From Candidatus Saccharimonadota bacterium (GTDB lineage Bacteria; Patescibacteriota; Saccharimonadia; Saccharimonadales; UBA4665): a stretch of DNA of 32,000 bases. Of this stretch, positions 1 to 7,351 are shown piece by piece. The notes below the pieces were generated by a model. It was not told where the DNA came from and made no database searches. It saw only the letters and a program-made list of their open reading frames with translations. A program made the position numbers and the translations under genes. The stretch lies in NCBI GenBank assembly GCA_016700375.1, contig CP065016.1:30001-62000 (forward strand). The letters run 5' to 3'. The number at the start of each line of letters is the position of its first letter. Position 1 is the first letter of the stretch.

Positions 1-428
1 ATGGTATCGAGTGGAACAAGTTTTTCTGTGCGGTGCACGGGCTTGTTATCGACCAGCCATAAAATGATGCCGCCGATAATGAGAGCAAATGCTATGACCA
101 CAGGTATGGATATAGCTGTCGAAATCTTGTCAAACGCCAAACCAATAACGCCAGCCGGTATGGTACCGAGGGCTAGAATCTTCCAGAAGTTGAGTGCTGC
201 ACTTTCACGTCGCAGTAGCCCTACTGACTTCTGCCATAAATCGCGCCGGTAGTACCACACCACCGCAGCAATGGCACCTAGCTGGATAACCACCGTGAAT
301 AGTTCGTGTGTATCTTTGAAGCCTATGAGCTCCTGAGTTAATATCAAATGTCCGGTGCTAGAAATAGGTAAGAATTCTGTTATGCCTTCGATAACGCCCA
401 GCAGTAACGCCTGTAAAAATTCAATCAT
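1..428 (-). CDS. uppP: undecaprenyl-diphosphate phosphatase (UppP/BacA), 5' part; gene continues past the left edge
   Basis: Reverse-strand translation from ATG (428-426) gives MIEFLQALLLGVIEGITEFLPISSTGHLILTQELIGF... This contains the EGxTEFLPISSTGH signature of UppP and stays open to position 1. It is not in the supplied track; the + ORF 1..252 is its antisense shadow. Confidence 0.85.
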   Translation of the reverse strand, partial: MIEFLQALLLGVIEGITEFLPISSTGHLILTQELIGFKDTHELFTVVIQLGAIAAVVWYYRRDLWQKSVGLLRRESAALNFWKILALGTIPAGVIGLAFDKISTAISIPVVIAFALIIGGIILWLVDNKPVHRTEKLVPLDT

Positions 429-533
429 ACTTCCAAGTATAACACCGGCCAGCACTGGGTTTACTAATTATATTCCAGGCCACAATACCCCGGCCGTCAG
501 GCCGTGGGAAGTTTATTCCTAATGCCCGCCTTC

Positions 534-682
534 CTGACCCACACTCACTTCTTACTCCTGTGTCATCCCGACCCCCGTATCAAGTACGGGGTAAACTCCG
601 TGGAGGGATCTCGTTAGGCGTACATCAGACAGGATCTTTCGGTTTCGCTCTAGATGACATTCAACAAGTGAGTGTGTGTCAG
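534..682. mobile_element. 149-bp MITE, non-autonomous relative of the IS4-family element at 25975-27139
   Basis: Left end CTGACCCACACTCACTT (534-550) equals the first 17 nt of the IS terminal repeat. The right end AAGTGAGTGTGTGTCAG (666-682) is its inverted copy with 1 mismatch. A perfect 9-bp direct repeat CCCGCCTTC flanks it (525-533 and 683-691). It has no credible ORF. Confidence 0.8.
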
Positions 683-742
683 CCCGCCTTCAGAGGAGTG
701 ACAAGCCAGATATATAATAACTTTGAGTTTCAGGGGGTTATG

Positions 743-1702
743 TGTTAGAAAACCTCGCGTTGTTTAACTTTTCCAGCTTCCTTCATAGGCCGCTCGTACT
801 GGTAAAAGTACCACATAGTCGCTCGAGCGGCGTCGCCTTGTCAATGCCTTTGTGTGGGCGTACACAGTTGTAGTAATTCACAAACCTGGTAAGGGCTTTG
901 GCTCGCTCCTCACGACTGTTAAATACCTCGGCGTTATGCCAGCTCTCCATTAGTGTTCGGATGGCTCGTTCGGCTTTGCCATTCGTCTGCGGACACTTCA
1001 CTTTGGTGAACTTCTGGGTGATGCCAGCCTCGCCACAGGCTTTCATGAAAGCATGTTCACCGTAACGGCCTTTGTACTCGGTGCCATTGTCGGTTAAGAT
1101 TCGTTCAATACCATAGGGGCATTGAGCCAGTACAGTACTGAGGAAATCCGCGCTACTGAACATGCTCTTGTCGGGGTAGATACCAACGTACAGCTCTCTT
1201 GAGTAGTCATCAATAGCCACAAACAGATATTCATGGCCGTCCAGCTTCGTTTCGCCCGTAAGTAGTGGTAGACGTTTAGTATCCATATGCAACATCTCGC
1301 CTGGATAGTCTTTCTCGTAACGTTTGGCAGTCCGGGCTAGTTTATCTTGGATTGATCGCTCAATTTTGCCCAGCCGCTTTAAGCCGTACTCCAGGCATTG
1401 GTAGCGTTTGTTAGTACTGACGTGCAGGCTGTAGTCATCCCGCCGAGCCCGAGTGAGGATCTTTTGTATAGTGGGGTAGGACACCCCATATTTGGCAATG
1501 AGATCTTTCTTACGTAAGTTGAGGACAAAATAATCCTCTGCCAATGCTTTACGTTGAAACGGCATGAGCCGTGTTCGTTTATGTACTACCATAGTGGTAG
1601 CCTCCTCTCGTTGGGTTAGTTAGTTGGTTGTACTCTAACTTTTACCATGGAGGAGGCTACTTTGGTTGTCTAGAAAGTTAAATAACGCTCGGGGATTTTA
1701 CA
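743..1702 (-). mobile_element. IS481-family insertion sequence, copy A (960 bp)
   Basis: Imperfect terminal inverted repeats begin with TGT: TGTTAGAAAACCTCGCGTTGTTTAAC at 743 and, inverted at 1702, TGTAAAATCCCCGAGCGTTATTTAAC. A 7-bp direct repeat GGTTATG flanks it (736-742 and 1703-1709). It is the reverse complement of copy B wherever compared (both ends, leader, and an identical 269-aa product). Confidence 0.9.
783..1592 (-). CDS. IS481-family DDE transposase (HTH + rve integrase core)
   Basis: 269 aa with the motifs HMDTKRL (D), TDNGTEY (D) and PQTNGKAERAIRTL (E), typical of IS481-type rve transposases. A GAGGAGG SD lies 7 nt upstream. Confidence 0.9.
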   Translation of the reverse strand: MVVHKRTRLMPFQRKALAEDYFVLNLRKKDLIAKYGVSYPTIQKILTRARRDDYSLHVSTNKRYQCLEYGLKRLGKIERSIQDKLARTAKRYEKDYPGEMLHMDTKRLPLLTGETKLDGHEYLFVAIDDYSRELYVGIYPDKSMFSSADFLSTVLAQCPYGIERILTDNGTEYKGRYGEHAFMKACGEAGITQKFTKVKCPQTNGKAERAIRTLMESWHNAEVFNSREERAKALTRFVNYYNCVRPHKGIDKATPLERLCGTFTSTSGL

Positions 1703-1788
1703 GGTTATGTATTGATTGTTAATAATGCTAATGCTAGGATAAGGCAAGGTTAATATTCCTTAATTTTAGATAGCATGGAGGACATGGA

Positions 1789-4722
1789 ATGAGTGATTTT
1801 TTTCAGCAGGCTAGAAATATGCAAGTGGGAGGGGGCGCGACAAGCAGCCACTCAAACGTTTTAGCGTCCACTCCCATGCCATCATCTCTAAAAGAGATAG
1901 TATCTGCTTGGGAGGCGATAAATAAAGAACTTTCAAGTAAAGGGTATACGTCTTTCAGCTTTGACTTGAGCGATACCGGGCTTGCTCGGGCTACGACCGG
2001 TATCCGGCACAACGCACCAGACCAAATTTCCACTCCCTTCGCGCAAAGCGTCATAGAATATCGTGTTGCCGCTCAACGTGCTGCAATCTTTAACGCTCCT
2101 TATCGAACACACACGTACAGCAACGATCCCACTTTCGGTCCAGACCTTGCCGGCAAGGAGGTTCGAAACTATGAAGGCGATATGATACACGAAGCCTTTG
2201 CCGAGAATTCCGACGGCTCCCCGATACTTGAGGATCCGAGCTATAAACTGGATCCCGAATTTCTCGCCAAAGGCATTAATAAACGTTTGACTACCTACGC
2301 GCAATCGCAAATCGACCCTGCTGGTTACCATATTGCCAATGGCCAAGAATTTTTTGAGGGTCAGTGGCAGAATATTACTGATGACGCAAGACGCGAGCAG
2401 TCCATAGCGGAGTTCAAGGCAACCCACGGCGAGTGGGATGAAATAAAGGGCAACTACACTAAATTTCTTGAGAATGGCGGTCGGGACATTTCCAGCGTCA
2501 GCGACACCAGCACAAATCCACTCACACTTGACCAATTTGCCTACGGCCCAGGAGAGAAGAATGTGGAGGCGGCCTTCAATACGACGTCGTATGATCCTAC
2601 GAAACGCCTTCAAGAGGCCGTCGGGGCAAAGGGTGAGGTAACGGATCCAACCAACCCAAACTATGATAGTGATCTCGTGCGCCGTTTCTTAATGGCTCGG
2701 ACACAATTAATCGCCGTGACGACACCAGAAGCAAATAGCATGCTCGCTGACAAAAACGGCACAGAGTCTGATGCGATTAAGAGATTGTTAAATGATGCAC
2801 GAGCCAGTACGTTAAACACGGCCTCAACCCTTGATGGCGGCGGGCATTTTTCTGAGCGAATTATTGCAAGTTTCAGGGATAAGCTAACGGCGTTTGCCGA
2901 TGGCAGCACTGAGTCAGCTAGTCGACAACAGCTTTATTCTAGTAGACGAGACGAGGTTTATGGCGGGTTTGCCACAGGTTCTGCTCAATCTTCCGCTCGA
3001 ATCAATGATTATCCACATGGTATATTCAGTAACCAGTCATTGCGACAAGAGGGGCGATGGTCGGGCCAGATGAGCCAACAGAGCCCTGCAGATGTAATCC
3101 GCGCCCAAGCCATTGCCTCCGGCGACGTAGATACGCTTAATGCTCTTCATAAGGCGTACATGGCAGGAGGTTCGATTGAAGTAGAACGCAATGGCTTTTA
3201 CAGCGGGAGTAGCATACCAACTATCTCAACAATTAAGAATGACTGGCTGGAGGTGAATGCTGAATTACGTCAGAAAGGGTTCACTTCATACACGCTTAAC
3301 CCTTCGAGTGAAGCGATTCAAGAAAAGCCGACTGTTGTTTCCACTCCCTTCGCGCAAAGCGTCATAGAATATCGTGTTGCCGCTCAACGTGCTGCAATCT
3401 TTAACGCTCCTTATCGAACACACACGTACAGCAACGATCCCACTTTCGGTCCAGACCTTGCCGGCAAGGAGGTTCGAAACTATGAAGGCGATATGATACA
3501 CGAAGCCTTTGCCGAGAATTCCGACGGCTCCCCGATACTTGAGGATCCGAGCTATAAACTGGATCCCGAATTTCTCGCCAAAGGCATTAATAAACGTTTG
3601 ACTACCTACGCGCAATCGCAAATCGACCCTGCTGGTTACCATATTGCCAATGGCCAAGAATTTTTTGAGGGTCAGTGGCAGAATATTACTGATGACGCAA
3701 GACGCGAGCAGTCCGTAGCGGAGTTCAAGGCAACCCACGGCGAGTGGGATGAAATAAAGGGCAACTACACTAAATTTCTTGAGAATGGCGGTCGGGACAT
3801 TTCCAGCGTCAGCGACACCAGCACAAATCCACTCACACTTGACCAATTTGCCTACGGCCCAGGAGAGAAGAATGTGGAGGCTCGGGCAGCGTTGGTTAAT
3901 CCAGATAAATTGTTTGTCGCAACGCTAGGCGAAAAAGGCGATATTACTGACTACAAAAACCCAAATATGGATGCCGATCTCCTAAAACGGTATCTGACCG
4001 CAAAAAGTGAAATGCAAGCTATCTATACCGGAGGGAAATTGCAGGGCGGACATTTTCAAACGGTAGATATGCTAGAACAGCAGCCTGAGATAATGCAACG
4101 GAACTATGTGGCAGATTCTCTCCGCAGGCAGTACAGTTTAGATTTGGCGAACCGAGGGGGGAGAATCGGTGAGTTTTCTCAAGAAATGCCGTCTGGAATG
4201 TACAATCGTCGACCTTATATGTTCGACGACAGATTTATGAATCCGTATAACACCGCAGGGAGCCAACCTGAAGGAGGGTCAAGGAGCTACGGCTATTCCC
4301 CGAATGAAGCCCGCGAAATTGAGGCATATCGATCAAGGTTGGCGAGTGAACGAATTACGGGAAGTTTTTATAGGCCATATGATGGGTTGGCAGGACAGTC
4401 TCAAGCAGATGAGTATGCTGCGAGAGCACTTCGGTCAAACGATGCCGGTGTTATAGCAAAACTTCATGAAGAATATATGGCGTCTTCAAACAGTGCCGTC
4501 GTAACTGATGCCACAAACCTCAGCAATAATATGCAATCAAATTCAGCCTTGGCCTACACGTATCCAGCTGCATCTGGCGGTTCAACAACACAAGAAAAAA
4601 TGAACACCCAGCCATCGATATCCGCGACTGGCGCGTCGATGGCATCTGCGTCCCCGGCTGGAACGTCAGAAAATGCGCAAGCAGCTAATCCGATTAGCAT
4701 GGTATCCTTTACCAAACAGTAA
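1789..4722 (+). CDS. 977-aa orphan protein of two tandem ~437-aa modules with an S/A/T-rich C-terminal tail; no signal peptide, TM segment or recognised domain
   Basis: Long uninterrupted ORF with a GGAGGA SD about 9 nt upstream. It shows an internal 1311-bp periodicity. I could not recognise any family motif. Confidence 0.8.
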   Translation: MSDFFQQARNMQVGGGATSSHSNVLASTPMPSSLKEIVSAWEAINKELSSKGYTSFSFDLSDTGLARATTGIRHNAPDQISTPFAQSVIEYRVAAQRAAIFNAPYRTHTYSNDPTFGPDLAGKEVRNYEGDMIHEAFAENSDGSPILEDPSYKLDPEFLAKGINKRLTTYAQSQIDPAGYHIANGQEFFEGQWQNITDDARREQSIAEFKATHGEWDEIKGNYTKFLENGGRDISSVSDTSTNPLTLDQFAYGPGEKNVEAAFNTTSYDPTKRLQEAVGAKGEVTDPTNPNYDSDLVRRFLMARTQLIAVTTPEANSMLADKNGTESDAIKRLLNDARASTLNTASTLDGGGHFSERIIASFRDKLTAFADGSTESASRQQLYSSRRDEVYGGFATGSAQSSARINDYPHGIFSNQSLRQEGRWSGQMSQQSPADVIRAQAIASGDVDTLNALHKAYMAGGSIEVERNGFYSGSSIPTISTIKNDWLEVNAELRQKGFTSYTLNPSSEAIQEKPTVVSTPFAQSVIEYRVAAQRAAIFNAPYRTHTYSNDPTFGPDLAGKEVRNYEGDMIHEAFAENSDGSPILEDPSYKLDPEFLAKGINKRLTTYAQSQIDPAGYHIANGQEFFEGQWQNITDDARREQSVAEFKATHGEWDEIKGNYTKFLENGGRDISSVSDTSTNPLTLDQFAYGPGEKNVEARAALVNPDKLFVATLGEKGDITDYKNPNMDADLLKRYLTAKSEMQAIYTGGKLQGGHFQTVDMLEQQPEIMQRNYVADSLRRQYSLDLANRGGRIGEFSQEMPSGMYNRRPYMFDDRFMNPYNTAGSQPEGGSRSYGYSPNEAREIEAYRSRLASERITGSFYRPYDGLAGQSQADEYAARALRSNDAGVIAKLHEEYMASSNSAVVTDATNLSNNMQSNSALAYTYPAASGGSTTQEKMNTQPSISATGASMASASPAGTSENAQAANPISMVSFTKQ
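2027..2570 (+). repeat. 544-bp intragenic direct repeat, copy 1
   Basis: Matches 3338-3881 at an offset of 1311 bp with a single difference (A2404 versus G3715, giving Ile/Val). Confidence 0.95.
3338..3881 (+). repeat. 544-bp intragenic direct repeat, copy 2
   Basis: See copy 1. Identity stops abruptly at both borders while the protein flanks remain only distantly similar. Confidence 0.95.
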
Positions 4723-4899
4723 ATGGATACTCTGGTCACATCGATACGTGAGCAATCGAGCAAGCTCAACGGTACTAGGTTAGCTTGTGACGGCTGCTTA
4801 TTTGCAACAGATTTTTGTATGGAGTGAGTTAGATTGTATTTCTGAAAAGGTTTTATAAGTACAAGCGCATTGAACCATGGTATGGCGCTTCTGAGTAGT

Positions 4900-6132
4900 T
4901 CAGCTTTGCTCTGTATAGCCAACAATACTGGTAGGCTCTGGCAGCGTATTGCCAGGTAATCCGTTAGCGCTTGCTCCTCCAAAGGCTAGCTTTTGGCCAG
5001 GGAGTATTAGATCTGGGTTAGCAAGGTTGTTCTCTTTTGCCAGAGACATGTAGTCTCCGCCGTACCCATGCTTCTCTGCAATGGCACTGAGTGTATCGCC
5101 TACGACAACAGTGTAGGTTCCGGCGCTTTCGTCCGTGCCCGTACCAACCGATCCTGCGGCTGCGCCGTCAGGGAGTTGTAGTACTTGACCCGGATGAATG
5201 AGGTTACGGTTTTCAACATTGTTTAGACGAACGAGCGTATCTACATCTGTGCCGTAGTACTGAGCAATGTCGCTTAGGGTGTCACCAGGCATAACAATAT
5301 GCATACCTGTACCAGCGGTTGGCTCGGCTCCTCCGGCGGCGTTACCCGCCACTGGGTCATCAGGCGTGGTGATGTCGTTTGGCATGGCAGGATGGTTGAG
5401 CTCGGCATCGGCCAATGCAGCATTTGCTTGGTCGCTTCGATGATCTTCACCGACACTGCTGCCTGGCAGGCCGTCATCAACTCCTTCAGCTCCACCGGCA
5501 TTATTTTCTTGGTCTTCATTACCACCATTGGCTAGCGCATCATTTGCTGCATCGTCCCGATTATCTTCGCCGGTTTGACTGCCGGGCGCAGCAGTGCCAG
5601 CACCTGGAGCTGTACCGGCGTCTGGGTCTTGGTCGGTATCAGTTTGACCCGTGCTGTTTGTGCTGTCCGTATTGGTTTCCACGCCAGCAGTATTTACTGG
5701 CGCTGCCCCGGTTGCGTCATCTGAGGATGCCACAGGGTCGTCGACTACAATTGGGTTTGTTCCTGCAGGGTCAGTTACAACCTGGGCGGGCACGGGAGCA
5801 GCGACGGCAGGCGTTTCGGCCGGTGTTGTTGAGCCGCCAGGCAGCTTAAGGGTTTTGCCGGCGTAAATTCTGTTTGGGTCTGTTATGCCATTTAAATCAG
5901 CCAGAACATCCACTGTGGTTCCATACCGCTTCGCAATAGCACTCAGCGTGTCTCCCGACTGAATGGTGTACGTACCACCAGAACCACCAGAACCACCAGA
6001 ACCACCAGAACCACCAGAACCACCAGTCGGTGTAGGTGCGCTTTGATACGTAGCCGTTGCAGCTGCACCGATCGCATCATGGGACGCTGTGGCCTCTGCT
6101 AACGACACCTGGTTAGATTGCATAGTTGTCAA
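4900..6132 (-). CDS. 3xLysM-domain protein, 5'-truncated by IS481 copy B (probable recent pseudogene)
   Basis: Three LysM repeats are present: [18 protein letters not shown]...[25 protein letters not shown]...GQVLQLP and [18 protein letters not shown]...GQKLAF. They are separated by acidic low-complexity linkers. The track start is a TTG with no SD. The frame stays open upstream to the IS boundary and continues on the far side of the IS (see 7187-7237). Confidence 0.8.
   Translation of the reverse strand: MTTMQSNQVSLAEATASHDAIGAAATATYQSAPTPTGGSGGSGGSGGSGGSGGTYTIQSGDTLSAIAKRYGTTVDVLADLNGITDPNRIYAGKTLKLPGGSTTPAETPAVAAPVPAQVVTDPAGTNPIVVDDPVASSDDATGAAPVNTAGVETNTDSTNSTGQTDTDQDPDAGTAPGAGTAAPGSQTGEDNRDDAANDALANGGNEDQENNAGGAEGVDDGLPGSSVGEDHRSDQANAALADAELNHPAMPNDITTPDDPVAGNAAGGAEPTAGTGMHIVMPGDTLSDIAQYYGTDVDTLVRLNNVENRNLIHPGQVLQLPDGAAAGSVGTGTDESAGTYTVVVGDTLSAIAEKHGYGGDYMSLAKENNLANPDLILPGQKLAFGGASANGLPGNTLPEPTSIVGYTEQS
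5974..6027 (-). repeat. 9-bp coding microsatellite (ACCACCAGA x5 plus one variant) encoding a (GGS)n linker
   Basis: Five perfect tandem 9-mers at 5974-6018 plus ACCACCAGT at 6019-6027. On the minus strand this translates to [17 protein letters not shown] ahead of LysM domain 1. Confidence 0.9.
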
Positions 6133-6226
6133 GTCATTAAGAGCGGTCTGATTGTATGCATTTTGCGTCTGATTCTGAGTAGAATATCCTGAACTGGCAA
6201 TAACTACATTCGGATTTAATATAATG

Positions 6227-7186
6227 TGTAAAATCCCCGAGCGTTATTTAACTTTCTAGACAACCAAAGTAGCCTCCTCCATGGTAAAAGTTAGAGTACA
6301 ACCAACTAACTAACCCAACGAGAGGAGGCTACCACTATGGTAGTACATAAACGAACACGGCTCATGCCGTTTCAACGTAAAGCATTGGCAGAGGATTATT
6401 TTGTCCTCAACTTACGTAAGAAAGATCTCATTGCCAAATATGGGGTGTCCTACCCCACTATACAAAAGATCCTCACTCGGGCTCGGCGGGATGACTACAG
6501 CCTGCACGTCAGTACTAACAAACGCTACCAATGCCTGGAGTACGGCTTAAAGCGGCTGGGCAAAATTGAGCGATCAATCCAAGATAAACTAGCCCGGACT
6601 GCCAAACGTTACGAGAAAGACTATCCAGGCGAGATGTTGCATATGGATACTAAACGTCTACCACTACTTACGGGCGAAACGAAGCTGGACGGCCATGAAT
6701 ATCTGTTTGTGGCTATTGATGACTACTCAAGAGAGCTGTACGTTGGTATCTACCCCGACAAGAGCATGTTCAGTAGCGCGGATTTCCTCAGTACTGTACT
6801 GGCTCAATGCCCCTATGGTATTGAACGAATCTTAACCGACAATGGCACCGAGTACAAAGGCCGTTACGGTGAACATGCTTTCATGAAAGCCTGTGGCGAG
6901 GCTGGCATCACCCAGAAGTTCACCAAAGTGAAGTGTCCGCAGACGAATGGCAAAGCCGAACGAGCCATCCGAACACTAATGGAGAGCTGGCATAACGCCG
7001 AGGTATTTAACAGTCGTGAGGAGCGAGCCAAAGCCCTTACCAGGTTTGTGAATTACTACAACTGTGTACGCCCACACAAAGGCATTGACAAGGCGACGCC
7101 GCTCGAGCGACTATGTGGTACTTTTACCAGTACGAGCGGCCTATGAAGGAAGCTGGAAAAGTTAAACAACGCGAGGTTTTCTAACA
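6227..7186 (+). mobile_element. IS481-family insertion sequence, copy B (960 bp)
   Basis: Same termini as copy A, in inverted orientation relative to it. A 7-bp direct repeat TATAATG flanks it (6220-6226 and 7187-7193). Confidence 0.9.
6337..7146 (+). CDS. IS481-family DDE transposase (identical to 783..1592)
   Basis: The 269-aa product is identical to copy A and has the same SD. Confidence 0.9.
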   Translation: MVVHKRTRLMPFQRKALAEDYFVLNLRKKDLIAKYGVSYPTIQKILTRARRDDYSLHVSTNKRYQCLEYGLKRLGKIERSIQDKLARTAKRYEKDYPGEMLHMDTKRLPLLTGETKLDGHEYLFVAIDDYSRELYVGIYPDKSMFSSADFLSTVLAQCPYGIERILTDNGTEYKGRYGEHAFMKACGEAGITQKFTKVKCPQTNGKAERAIRTLMESWHNAEVFNSREERAKALTRFVNYYNCVRPHKGIDKATPLERLCGTFTSTSGL

Positions 7187-7237
7187 TATAATGCTTCCTG
7201 TTCCTCCACCACCCTGTGTGTCATCTACATCAGCCAT
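7187..7237 (-). pseudogene. orphaned 5' end (first 17 codons) of the LysM protein gene
   Basis: On the minus strand AAAGGAGG-ctctg-ATG (ATG at 7237-7235) encodes MADVDDTQGGGGTGSII and ends exactly at the IS boundary. Removing the IS and one TSD copy joins it in frame to 6219..4900 with no stop codon. In the present state the IS end TGT TAG supplies a stop. Confidence 0.8.
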
Positions 7238-7351
7238 CAGAGCCTCCTTTACTGTTTTTCTGCCCTCAACGAGCCTTTTTCAATTGTTATATATCGAACA
7301 AATGTAAGCATATACGAAATTTTAATATGTTGTCAATTAACGCTCAAAATA

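Noticed and set aside
1-252. + strand ORF of 83 aa at the left edge
   Set aside because: It is the antisense shadow of uppP, whose minus-strand translation carries an unmistakable family signature.
470-515. Hairpin CCCGGCC-gtca-GGCCGTGGG as a terminator
   Set aside because: It lies upstream of uppP's start, and no gene ends there on either strand. The stem is imperfect and there is no T-tract.
560-748. 62-aa + ORF
   Set aside because: It lies mostly inside MITE-1 and runs into the IS481 end. It has no SD.
1803-3846. Long minus-strand ORFs (1803..2054, 1933..2613, 2661..2909, 3286..3846)
   Set aside because: They lie antisense within the 977-aa gene, and two of them are simply the duplicated repeat read backwards. 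They have no SD and their composition is that of a shadow frame.
2027-3881. Diversity-generating retroelement (TR/VR pair), because the only difference between the 544-bp repeats is A in copy 1 versus G in copy 2
   Set aside because: There is only a single substitution. The repeats are several-fold longer than DGR TR/VR pairs. No reverse transcriptase or accessory gene is nearby. Both copies are inside the same ORF.
4554-4982. 142-aa minus ORF bridging the two convergent genes
   Set aside because: It overlaps the 3' ends of both well-supported genes in alternative frames.
743-7186. Composite transposon made of the two IS481 copies that moved as a unit
   Set aside because: Each copy has its own matching 7-bp duplication (GGTTATG; TATAATG), whereas the outer flanks do not match each other. 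In addition, the right copy sits inside a gene whose 5' end lies outside the bracket. These are two independent insertions.
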